64,000 nt of DNA from Macrostomum hystrix (lineage: Eukaryota; Animalia; Platyhelminthes), in NCBI GenBank assembly GCA_950097015.1, contig CATNEN010000001.1, forward strand, positions 22,196,001 to 22,260,000, read 5' to 3'. The notes below the pieces were generated by a model that was given only the letters and a program-made list of their open reading frames with translations, had not been told where the DNA came from and did not search any database. Made by a program: the position numbers and the translations under genes. Shown here one piece after another: positions 47,962-59,603 of this stretch. Positions within the stretch are counted from its first letter, which is position 1, and the number at the start of each line of letters is the position of its first letter.

Positions 47962-50900
47962 ATGTCTAGTGACATCGTGGTAAGATCAGATCTTTGCCAA
48001 TGTTGGATTAGTCATTTTCTTGGACTTAGCCTTAGTCATAGGGATGTGAGGTGTAGTGATAAAAATGATACATAACTAATATTAGTTGATTTGTTTTACC
48101 AGTTGCAGTCGCGCCGACTTGCCACTCTAGTCAGCCATGGAGACTTCTGTCTGGTAAGAAAAATAGCCACCCCAGACCTGGTGACAGCCGCAGATGAGTT
48201 GGGCCGAACCGTACTCATGCTTGTGGCCGAAAATCGTGACACTCCTGTTGATAGCGAAAAGTGTATTTCGTACTTGCTCAGTCTCGGCGCAGATCCGGAA
48301 GTGACTAATGAGGCTGGTGACACGGCTGCGCACATCGCTGTGAGGTTGGACCACCTGCGACTCTTGACGCTGCTGCCGTTCGGTGCGAAGTGGCTGCAAA
48401 ACTGCCAGGGCGCGACTCCGCTGATGGAGGCTGCCCAGAGAGGCAGCTGGAGATGCGCCAAGCACCTGATGCACCTGCTGAGGCAGAGGTGTCACAATAA
48501 TTGCCGGAGGTTTGGCAACGATGAAAGACTGCGCCTGCTCGGTCTTACTAATCATGAAAATAAAAGTGCAGCGGATTTAGCTAAGCTGGCAGGCAACTCA
48601 GAGTTGGCCATGGATATCGAGCGGTGAGTTTTTGGTGAAACAGTTCAGGTATAAAACAATTCCTTCTTCTAGCTAGTTATAATAGTGTAAGTATTTGCTG
48701 AAGGGCTGTAGGCATTGACACATCATTTGGTGACAATTGATCCACAGCCAGCGAAGAGGCATTTCTGCCCATTTCGCAGACTCCTATGAGCACACCACAG
48801 ATACCGTACGCAGGCACACACTCACACAGGGTGAGTACATCTACCCGGAGTTACTCATCGTCAAGCAGTATACGCCCTCTCTGTACCTTGGAGGTTGGCC
48901 CACAAGGGTGTCAACGATTGCATGACAAGCCCCAAGCCTTCACTCTTGAAAATTTGCAGCGAATTGCGGCTTTCCGTAGATAAGCAGGGCTTCATCAGCG
49001 GCCTGACAGAGCGCGTGAGTGATGGTCTCATCATCGAATTTCAAACCTTCATTGCCTCTTACCACTTTTTGCCTCTTTAAATGGTTAAAGCGTGAGCTCT
49101 AACTCGGGATTTCCATCCGAACCACCACAGGAGGAGTCGCATCGAGCAGAGCTGTGCCGCTTAGTCAAGGCCGGCGACGACGCGAGGCTGCTGCGCGTGG
49201 CCACACGTGAAAACATGGATCTGCCCGATGACAAGGGCTTCACCGCATTGCTTCGGGCTGCGGAAAACACTGAGCTGAAAGATGCGGCGGTTTGGACGCG
49301 CCTGCTGCAACTGTCTGACCCGACCTGCGCCACTGTGTGGTCGGACAGCTGCCTGCACATTGCGGCCGGCAGCGGGAACACAACGGCAGCCTCCGCTCTG
49401 CTGAATGCTGGAGCGTCTGTTAATTGCAAAGGCCAATTTCAGTTCACGCCCCTCCTCAAGGCAGCAAGCGAAGCGCCAACAGAGACGGCAGATGCAGTCG
49501 GCTGGGTTCTGCTGGCCTCTGGATCTGACTGGAGCCTCACAGATCGGAAGGGCAGAACCGCGTTGGATCTAGCCCGCCAGTGCAGGAGAGACAAGCTGGC
49601 CAATATGCTGCTTAGGTGAGTTCAGGATCAAATTTGTACTGTGTTTCCGCTGCCTGAAAATTGTAAATTCGGAGCAGATGTACACACTTGTGTGAATGTG
49701 TGTATTTGGCTGCGTACGGTATCTGAGTGCCTACGTGCTCAGGAGTATGTGGAATAGGAATACTATAACAAAAATGACACGAATTATTGGTCCGTGAGGA
49801 AAATATATAATGAGGCAGTCTATCATTTAAATGTGCTATCTCACAGCGCGTTTCATTCATTTCGCATTTGCAGCTACGAGGAGACAGAATTTTTACAGGA
49901 GCCTCTTGAACCACCGTAAGTTACCACCTGCTGGCCTTCTAATCAGTGTTCTTGATATTGGCTCTGGTCGATACCATGTTTTGGATTGAAATACTTGCTG
50001 TCATTTATATCGTAAATATGAAAATCTTCAGTCCTCCATTTCGCGAGAGCTGGACCACTGTGCGACTCATTGGTAGAGGAGGTTTCGGCGAAGTTCACGA
50101 GGTCACGACCGACCGGGCTGTGATTTGCGCCGCGAAAGTCCTCAAACTGCCTGTACAACTCGGGGAAGACTTGGAAGCTATCGATAGCAAGGTGAACAAA
50201 GCTATTGAAAACGAAAAGAATATTTGTTATATGAGGCACGACAACATTGTCAGGTTCATGTACATGACTCAGCCAGAGCCAGCAAAGTTGGTGCTTTTCA
50301 TGGAGCTGCTGTCCGGCCGTTCATTAGAACAATACATTAACCACGTTCGTCTTGCTGAGGATATTATTCGAGCATTCTGTATTCAGGTAAATTCCTTTTA
50401 AGATGCTTTGTCAAAAGCTTATTTCAATGATTGACATAATCACATTGCATTTCCGAGCGTACGTCCGACACCGCCAACGGGCCGGATTTTGTTTGCCCAG
50501 CTCACGCTGGTAATTGCGACTCTGGAGTCGCGTATCTTGAAGTTGCTGCTGTTTTTGTTGCTGTTGAAATAAAAAAATAGGTCCACTAAACCTTTAGCAT
50601 CTTTTTGTTCGCAGATTTGCAGCGCACTGACGTACATCCACAGCCGAGAGCCACCAGTGATTCACAGAGACATCAACTGCAGCAACATCATTGTACTCGC
50701 TGACAATAGTAGAATCAAACTGATCGACTTCGGCCTGTCCACCAAGCTCGAGGAGTCTGTCACCCACATCTCTGCGTCCACCGCATTTCCAAAGGGCACC
50801 TTGAACTTCCTGGCACCTGAGCTTGTGGCACCCGCAGAACAAGCAAATCCTCAATATAGCAAAGGCTCAGACATATGGGCCTTCGGATGCTCAATCTACC

Positions 50901-51106
50901 AGATGAGCTCTGGAACAAGGCCTTACGCCAGGATAACCAACCTTCTTCAGCTGGCTCAGCAGCTCAACAATAGCGGCGCGCCACAGCTTCCAGACGGCTG
51001 CTCAGAGAAGCTGCGAGATTTTTACGCATTCTGCACTGCCCGAGACCGCAGGCAACGAAAGTGCGCCAATGAGCTCATGAATCATGAGTTTTTTGCGACA
51101 AAATAG
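47962..51106 (+). CDS. Ankyrin-repeat + MAP3K(STE11)-like kinase, copy A; exons 47962-47979, 48103-48623, 48960-49014, 49131-49615, 49874-49915, 50032-50386, 50615-51106
   Basis: ANK motifs (GRTVLMLVA, GDTAAHIAV, GATPLMEAA, GFTALLRAA, TPLLKAA, GRTALDLA); kinase IGRGGFGEV, CAAK, HRDINCSN, DFG, GTLNFLAPE, SDIWAFGC. Exon structure is mirrored by copy B. Confidence 0.82.
48690..48945 (-). mobile_element. SINE family B copy in ANK-kinase A intron 2
   Basis: Matches the family B body; absent from the equivalent short intron of copy B. Confidence 0.65.
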
Positions 51107-51824
51107 CACGAGGCTTGCAACTGTGCTTTGTTTTGTTTAGAGTTTTTCTTTAAAACAGATTTAGTAGCCGAGTATTTTCAACTGTTCTGTTATGCAAATG
51201 AATAGACCTTGGTTGCGTCTTCGTCGTGAAATATTATTTAACAAGTTTTAAATTGCACTGGTATCCATTTCACTGCTCACTGAACCGAAGCATTTAAACA
51301 ATTTAAACAAAACTTTTTTGTTTTCAAAGGCAGTAATTCTCACTGTACGTCTGGGATAAAGGTCCAAAGACTCCAACGATTGCTCAGCAGACACACTAAG
51401 TTTAACTGGGCGTAGAGAATTACAAATGAATAATGATTATGTGTTGCACAAAACTTTATCCGTTCTCGCTTACAGTCGACAAAAAGCCTAGCTTAATCTC
51501 CACAATACGTATGGGTGTAAGTCCAGATGATTACATGAAAACTCTCTCGCTTCTTCATATCTAAAATAATTGAGTATCTTATTTGCCTAAAAATCAAAAC
51601 GAATCATTTTGATTAAATGTTGACTTTTATATAGTCTTATTTAACATTTGAGATGAGTAAAAGAACTCCATAATTTAAATATTCTTGAAGAGTTGGCAGG
51701 TTTTTAATTCGCTTTAAATTATGCTTCTTGTCTAATTAGCTCGTTTCTTAGAAAAAGTTTAGGAAGCAGTTTTTTGCAGAAAGAAAATATAATACGAAGA
51801 TTAGCGAAAGATTAGCAATATGGG

Positions 51825-52065
51825 TGACTCATCTCTCTTCGGTCTCGTCTCATCTCTCTCTGGAGATGGAGAGACTCATCTCTCTCTGGAGATGGAGAGA
51901 CTCATCTCTCTCTGGAGATGGAGAGACTCATCTCTCTCTGGAGATGGAGAGACTCATCTCTCTCTGGAGATGGAGAGACTCATCTCTCTCTGGAGATGGA
52001 GAGACTCATCTCTCTCTGGAGATGGAGAGACTCATCTCTCTCTGGAGATGGAGAGACTCATCTCT
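51825..52065. repeat. 26-bp self-complementary minisatellite
   Basis: CTCATCTCTCTCTGGAGATGGAGAGA in about 9 copies. Confidence 0.9.
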
Positions 52066-53019
52066 CCTCGTTCTTATCTCTTCCCTTTAATTAATTTAAC
52101 CTACGCAACAATTAGGCGGGGCTTCTGAAGGCTGTGTAGGGCTGTTCAGTCCATGGACTGGGGGGACGCCACACCCAAACTCCAATTACCACAGAGTAAT
52201 GCTTCCTAAAAGTGTCTTGCTAAAGTACACAAATTGTTCCAGTAGAGTTGGGAATCGAACCGCTGACCTTCAAGTCTCTTCAAGTCCGACGTTCCAACCA
52301 CTAAGCTACAACCCCCTACCTGGTCTTGGTAGAAAGCCGCGGAATCGAACTCAAGCACCTTGGCATCAGAGGCTAACGCATTAGGCGTTCTGCTGGCGCA
52401 CGTCTAACACTGGTTACAGCTTATATTTATAAAGCGGAGTAAACTGTAATGCTGGACATTGCAGGAAGTCCTGGTTTAAACAACCGCGATAAGAGAAAAA
52501 TAAAAGAAGAAATAATTTTGGGTAGTGTACAATACTGGCGACTGCAATTGCTACTCTGGGTAGCTGAACTTTAAGAATTTTGAAAGCCGACTGCTAGTGC
52601 GGCGGCTAAAAGCGCGAGTTGTACATTAGTTATTGTACGCGCAAAGGCGGTGGCAGGTAGGAGAGAGAAGTTCATAAAATGCTGCCAATGCCGCACACAC
52701 ACCTCAGCTATATAGCCAGTTCGATATTGGCAGTTTTAGTGAAGCAAACCAATTGTGCATGAGAGACAAGTGACAGATCAATGTAAAAAAGCCGTTTAAG
52801 AAGAATAACTCTGTGTTGGACTCTCTGCATTGGTAAGTACGAGCGTAGTTTACTTTTTGCTGAGCTCAAATTTGCACATTCCGGCTTTCCAGTTCCAGTA
52901 ACTTCATTGAGCTTCAGAGACTTAAAACAGAAAATCTCCTCCATGATGTGTCCAAGGAACACCCTGCAGCTACTGTCTCATCTCCTCCCTGGTGTGTTTG
53001 AGGACAACCCTGTATTCAT

Positions 53020-53330
53020 AATTTGCAGGAGGGCTGTGGGCAATGGCACATTATTAAGTGACACTAGACCTGCAGCCAGCGAGGAGGCAGTTCTTCCCGT
53101 TCCGCTGACTCTTGAGCACACTCACACAGATATCTTTCGCAGGCATACACTCGCACAGGTGTGTACATCTGCTTTGACTTTCTTCATCGTCATCGTCATC
53201 GAAATTGCACGAAAAGCCCCCAAGCCTTCAGTACGCGGCAACGCCCCTGATTAATATGGCTTCACCGTGAAATCGAGCTCAAAAACCTTGTAGCAAGAGG
53301 AAAACGCTTTATGCGCCCTGCCACTCACCT
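53020..53330 (-). mobile_element. SINE family B copy
   Basis: Body and tRNA-like head similar to 34310-34650. Confidence 0.7.
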
Positions 53331-53478
53331 CCATGAGAAGTACCACCCTACAGACTCTTCCATCGCCTCCCTGGTGTGTCCACAGGACCACTCTCCAGCT
53401 ACTGACCAATCGTTACTGTCAAATTCTCACAGGATCAAGTTCAAGACCGAGCACACGGCATCAATCGCAGAGGCGGCA

Positions 53479-56339
53479 ATGTCTGACAGGGGATCGAGTA
53501 AAAAGACAGCTGTTGAGGACGTCTCTGTGGGTGACGTTCGTACTGCATTTAAGTAGCATGAGTAGGTTCTTAGCTTGCCGCTCTTAAGCCTTAATGGACA
53601 AGCGTATTTTGTTTGCAGAAAAAGCTGCAGAGACTAGCGAAGATCATCATTCAAGGAGACTTCGGACAGATGCGAGAGCTGGCAACGCGTGAGCTGGTGA
53701 CGGCGATCGATGAGAACCGGCAAACAGTTCTCATGCTGACGGCGGACGCTCGCGACACTCCCGTGCAGACTGAGAAGTGCATCCTGTACCTGTTTGAGCG
53801 CGGCGCAAAACCGATAGCGACTGACTCAGCTGGCGACACGGCTGCTCACTTCGCAGCCAGGCGGGACAACCTCCGGATCCTGGCCCTGCTGCCGTTCAAC
53901 GCAAAATGGCTGCGGAACAAGCAGGGAGCGACACCGCTGATGGAGGCTGTACGAGCTGGCAGCCTTAGATGCGCCAAGCACCTGCTGCACCTACTGAGAC
54001 AGCAGAGGTACAATGAATGCACGCAGCTTGGTAACTCAAAGAGAAAGAAGCTACTGGGTCTGAAGGATCTCAGTGGTAGGACTGCACTCGATATCGCCCT
54101 TCAGATTGATAGGCCAGACCTGGCCAGCAGCATCGATCGGTGAGCCTTCAGCTGTACTCGATATTTGTTTCATCGTAAAAGAGTTTAGTGTACAGCGCCT
54201 CTTTAATTTCAGGGAGATGTTTCTCATCGCCAATCAGGACGGTCTGATTTCCAACCTTCCAGTGTTGGTGAGCATTTCCAACCTAATATCTTTGCTGACG
54301 GTCAGATTCTAACTAAATCCGCTGTTGCTTTCAGGAAACTACAGTTCGAGAGAATCTTGAATTGCTGCTTAGATCGGGTGACATCGCTAGGGTCCAACAA
54401 GAAGTGACCTGCAACACTTGCGACCTACCTGACCGTCTGGGGGCTACCATCTTGATGCGGCAATTTCAGCAGACCGAGCTTCTAGATGAAGCTCTGTGTC
54501 AGAAGCTGCTTGAGCTGACTGATCCAACCTGCGCTGACGTGTGGGCTGCCCGTTGCTTGCACTGGGCTGTGGCCAGCGGGAACTCTGCAGCCGTTCGCTC
54601 CCTACTCATTGCTGGTGCCTCAGTCAACAGTCGAGCTCTCTGCGGCTCCACGCCACTCATGTGGGCAGCTGTTTTCACGCCGGTAGATGCTGCCGCCACA
54701 ATTGGCAAGGCGCTGCTGGCCGCTGGATCGAACTGGTGCCTGAAGGACAAGCGGAAGAGGACTGCACTGCTTCTGGCTGAAGAGCATGAAAAGTTTGAGC
54801 TAGCTGAGCTTCTTCGGGGGTACGTCTTTGTGATTTGTGACCTCGTATGTTGTAAGTTTTTCCTGTTTTGAAACTCTCTCACTAAAGTTAAATTTTAGGT
54901 ACAAAGAAAAGAAGTACTTCGATGAACCTTTGGAGCTACCGTGAGATTCGAAATACTCTAATATACGCTCATAAAGAGTGAGCCTTCACATTAACGCTTT
55001 TCTGAAACTTCCCTTTCGCATGTGCAGGCCTCCGTTCCTGAAAAAGTGGGACTTCGAGCGAGCCTTGGGAAGAGGAGGCTACGGCCGAGTTGATCAAGTG
55101 CTCACGGACAGAGGCATCAGGTGCGCTGCGAAGACCATCAGACTGCCATTACAGGGAAGCGATCAAATAGATTCGATTAGGAGAAAAATTGATCAAACAG
55201 TGGAGAGTGAAAAGAACCTGTGTCGACTGCGACATGACAATATTGTACTCTTCTACCACATCACCGTGAAAGATTCTATTAACGCTGTGCTGTTTATGGA
55301 GCTTCTGGATGGCCGCACATTGGAGATTTACATAAACAAACAGCCTCTTAACGAGTGTACTGTTCGATATTTTAGCATTCAGGTATGGTCTCAATTAAAG
55401 TTTAATGCGAGTTTTTGTACTGTACTTTTTTATTGAAATGCGCACGCCGATTGGGTGCTGATTTTTTTGTTTATTTGATGTTGGTAAAAAAAGGCTGAAC
55501 AATTCGATTTAAAAAAGGCGATAGAAAAACAGTAGCATGCATAATTTTAATTTTAGGTGAATAAAATATTTGAAATTTGCAAACAAAGACATTAATTAAA
55601 ACAAAAAAGAACGATTGAAATTGAAGAGAAAATTAAAACCGAGACTGAAATCACTTCGCTCACGCAAGGAGAATAGCCATTGTGTTTTTGCGAGTTACGA
55701 TCAAATATAAGAAAACTAAAACTCAAACTAGCTCGTACAATCAAGCATTTTAACTATGGGCCTCAGGGCAGTGGCTTTTTTATCTAGCTTCAAGTATGCT
55801 TTCTATGAAGTCCACAAAACTGTCTGTTAATTCTGTGCTTTCTTGTGCAGATCTGCAGCGCACTGCAGTGCATCCATAGCCAGAGTCCGCCTGTACTTCA
55901 CAGGGACGTCAACTGCACCAACATCATGGTACTCGAAGACAGCAAGCGAATCAAGCTGATCGACTTCGGCCTGTCAATCAGTTTAAATCAATCAGTCAGC
56001 CATGTATCAGGCTCAGCTATACCCATCGGCACTCTGAACTTCTTGGCTCCGGAACTCTTGGGGTACAATGAGACCACAAGTGTCCAATACTGCAGAGAGA
56101 CTGACGTCTGGGCGTTCGGCTGCTCCGTGTACCAAATGGCCACAGGCGCCAGACCCCACGCCAGCGTGGCCAACCTGCTGCAACTGGCGCTGAAGCTGAA
56201 TAATTCGGGGGCTCCCGCCTTGTCAGAGGACTGCTCGGCGGAGCTGCGCTGTTTCTACGCCTGCTGTTCCGCGATGGAGCGTCAGAAGCGAAAGACAGCT
56301 GACGAGCTGATCTGTCACCCGTTTCTAAGAGCCAAGTGA
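53479..56339 (+). CDS. Ankyrin-repeat + MAP3K-like kinase, copy B; exons 53479-53526, 53619-54139, 54213-54267, 54335-54819, 54899-54940, 55028-55382, 55851-56339
   Basis: Same exon sizes and phases as copy A (internal exons of 521, 55, 485, 42 and 355 nt); LGRGGYGRV, CAAK, HRDVNCTN, DFG, GTLNFLAPE, TDVWAFGC. Confidence 0.82.
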
Positions 56340-56930
56340 CTTTAATGTGCCGTGCCAAACCACCGCTATGTACAAGCAAAATGTACTTCAATTCAAAATG
56401 ACAAATGTAAATATTTGGACAATCTGCCCCCGTCTGCCTTCTGAACTGTGCACCTATTTTTAATTAATAGCCTTTCCTTGTGCCGCGACCGCGACGCCTC
56501 ATCTAGGCACTCTACTTCTTGCAATCGAAGCATCTTCAGGCTTACTGTAGTCTTCAAGCATTACTGTAACTAATTGCTGAAACCTCAGATTTCCACCAAC
56601 TTATTTCTCACTTTTCTTAAGCTTTACCTCAAAGTAAAATGTTAAGGTAAGAGTCAAGTATTGAATTACGTATAATATCTGGACACCCGTTTACCTCTCG
56701 CTTTTAACCTCAATCTCGATGCTATTTCGGTTTGGGAAGACTTCTTGTCTACTTTGAAGGACATCATTTTAATGATTAAAGAACAAGTAAATAATGATTT
56801 TCTATTTTATCAATTTGAATGCAAGAATTCACTCATGTGACATGCTCATTACAAAAACTGACTCGCAATACATGAAAATGTGGCACTGAGGTAACAGCCA
56901 GGAGCGATTGTTCGTGTTGAAAGTGCAGTC

Positions 56931-57483
56931 TCATTTTACGCTGGACTTTGTTCGCCAGACCAGGAAGCAGTACCTGTGAAACTTGAACACCACACAGAAG
57001 CCGGCCATGTGAGTGAACCAGGCCCAGAACTGACCCGATGTGACCACCACCTGCCAGCTAGCACCGAACTTGTCGTCCAGCTCCTCCTTCAGCTCCCTTG
57101 GAAGAATCTGCGGGGCGCAGGGATGGGGATCTTGCTGTGGGTGGTTGAAGAGGATCTTCCAGCTATGAGGTCGAAGAGGGGGCTCTTCTGATCAACGTCG
57201 ACTGAAACTTGTTGAGATGCTCTTCCGAGTGGGACAGTTTTCGCTGGCTTGACGCGGGTCCTACGATCCGATACGGCATTGTAAAGGAATACATCAGGCT
57301 AGAACTCACCTGTTCATTGACTTTGCGCCTGTTGAGAATGAGTCTCACTGAGTCAGCAATGTGCTCCACCAGTTCCTGAGACATATCGCAGCTGATCAGC
57401 TGAACATCTTCGAGGTGCTTTCTTGGAGGCAGAAACTGGCCATCAAAATAGTTGCTAGGCAGTGGCGGCAGGTGCAGCTGCAT
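56931..57483 (-). CDS. Dynein light chain-domain protein of the flatworm tegument-allergen-like (TAL) type; exons 57483-57310 and 57107-56931
   Basis: Spliced: ...EDVQLISCDMSQELVEHIADSVRLILNRRKVNEQ-ILPRELKEELDDKFGASWQVVVTSGQFWAWFTHMAGFCVVFKFHRYCFLVWRTKSSVK*. Phase-0 GT-AG intron. The second exon is not in the ORF track. Confidence 0.75.
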
Positions 57484-57970
57484 AACAAAACCAAGGTGTG
57501 CCTCTCGTGAGCTTTCTCAGAGGCGCTGGTACTCTGACCCGTTTCTGCTCAAAAGTTTGTCAACTGCTGCTTTGGTCAGCTTGCCTTCTAGACACTTGTA
57601 TTTGAAGCAGTTGGTCGCTTTCGAGACAGAGAGGTCAGCCATTGTCCGATAGCTCTCGCATCGCATGTAGCTCGAGTACATTCACACCAGCCACACAGCC
57701 ATACACAGCCTAGTGATTCATGGTCTGAGGCACAATAGGAACCCGACACGCTCATGTGTCTGCCTCGTTGAAGAGCAGCAAGGAAAACATTTCGTGTGGG
57801 AGGTCGGAGGGTCGGATGAATAAAAGATTATTTACTCAGCAGGCATATCGATTGCAGCTGAGTTGACACGAGCTCTCAGACTCTTTTGCGTATCGTAGGC
57901 GTGCTTTTACCAGCAATAAAGTTCAAAGGACTCGGGTGAAAGAAAAACAAACATTTTCTATTTGTTTCAG

Positions 57971-58440
57971 CCTTGCACAATTGCTCCAATCGACCTGGGT
58001 GGCATTGGTGGTGCCTTCTGCATTGTACTCAATGGCGGCAAGCTGACGGCACCGCCCGATGAGGCCACCCTGGTGATTCTGCTCGAAATTCTGCAGGCAA
58101 AGCACCTAGCCATGGGGAGCCGCCTCCACCTCTGAAACTGTTCATGGAGCAGCTACGGTTTGGAAGCGTTCCTGGTCGGACCGCGAGCGGGTTCGGCTTC
58201 GGTGGCTTTGCACGCTGCAATTTGCAACTTCCAAGGAGACTTCGGACAGGTGCGAGAGCTGGCAACGCGTGAGCTGGTGACGGCGATCGATGAGAACCGG
58301 CAAACAGATCTCATGCTGACGGCGGACGCTCGCGACACTCCCGTGCAGACTGAGAAGTGCATCCTGTATATGTTTGAGCGCGGCGCGCGACTGACCCAAC
58401 TGGCGACACGGCTGCTCACTGGCCAGGCGGGACAACCGCA
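57971..58440 (+). pseudogene. Relic or chimera carrying a near-identical piece of ANK-kinase B exon 2
   Basis: 58232-58440 matches about 53652-53870 (QGDFGQVRELATRELVTAIDENRQT...EKCILYMFERGA) with small deletions. The upstream in-frame region is interrupted by TGA. Confidence 0.7.
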
Positions 58441-59603
58441 TGGATATTTTTTTCCATGGCTATTTTAGCTCCACTGTTTTCGTTGTAACCCCCACCCCGA
58501 ATGCTTTTTCGATGTTACAGATTTCTGGACTCGTAGGAACCAAAGGTCAATTCACTGTCTTTAAAATCAATGCTACGTATAGCTTTAACTGTATTTGATA
58601 TATTTTCGTGTAAATTAAAAAGCAAAATTGGCAATGACACAGCTTTAAGAACTCTGTCACCCGATACTAGTTCACCAGAACATTCACACTTCTCAAAAAA
58701 CTGTCTAATACTCTACTGTAAGTAGAGACTGCTAGGTTGGATTGAACTGAGCACTTTTCTACTTGCGTGTAAGATCTAACTGAACTTTAACTGGTTAAAT
58801 ATGGACCCACTATCAGGGTACTATCAGTACGTTGTCGTTATTTCGAAATTTAATTTTAAAAAATTTAAGTTAGATTTTCAGATGGTCGACATTGTTACAT
58901 GATAAAATTTTATGAGCAGAAAAATTATGCCTGTATCTGGTGGTTCTTGTCACCAGACACCCCGCCGAGAATCGTTGAATATCTGGACGATGCCGGTGTT
59001 TTGTGATTTCGTAGGTTTGTTGTCTTGAGCTGAAAATCTTGGCCCATGTTCTGGATTTTCATGAAGATTGGTTGGCTGTCTTGGCGAGATACAGACAAGA
59101 ATGTGGTTATTCGTGATCGTTCTATTGTTAATAAACTTTAGCAGCTCATACCCTGTGGTCGACACGCGCACTAATAGTGTATTTTAAGCAGCACTTTAGT
59201 CTATTCAAACTAAAATGGAAAAGCAAAGTTCTGTTCATAACGCTTTTATTAAACGAAGAGCTTGAGTACTCGCAGACAACAACCAAATGGAGATCTGTAG
59301 CCCTCCGCAAACATAGCTCATTCGCTCAATCTCAGACTCAAATTACAATAGGCAGTCATGCGCGCTTGTACACCAAGCCAGCTTTGTTAGCCTGGAAGAG
59401 CGAGTCTTTTTTCCAGGAAATTTTATCCACAATGCAAATTTTTATAGGAAAATTAATGAATAAAATTAATATCAAACAGAACTGCCTTTGTGTGCACTCT
59501 AAATTTAGCTACATAGCCAGTTGCACGTATTCATATACTCATCTATATAACCAGTTGCACAAGCGCAATTTAGACGTAGGTTATTTTAACCCGGCCCTCT
59601 AAA

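Noticed and set aside
57500-57645. Short upstream ORF (MADLSVSKATNCF...) as an EF-hand exon of the TAL-like gene
   Set aside because: No EF-hand motif, and the available donors are out of phase with the downstream exon
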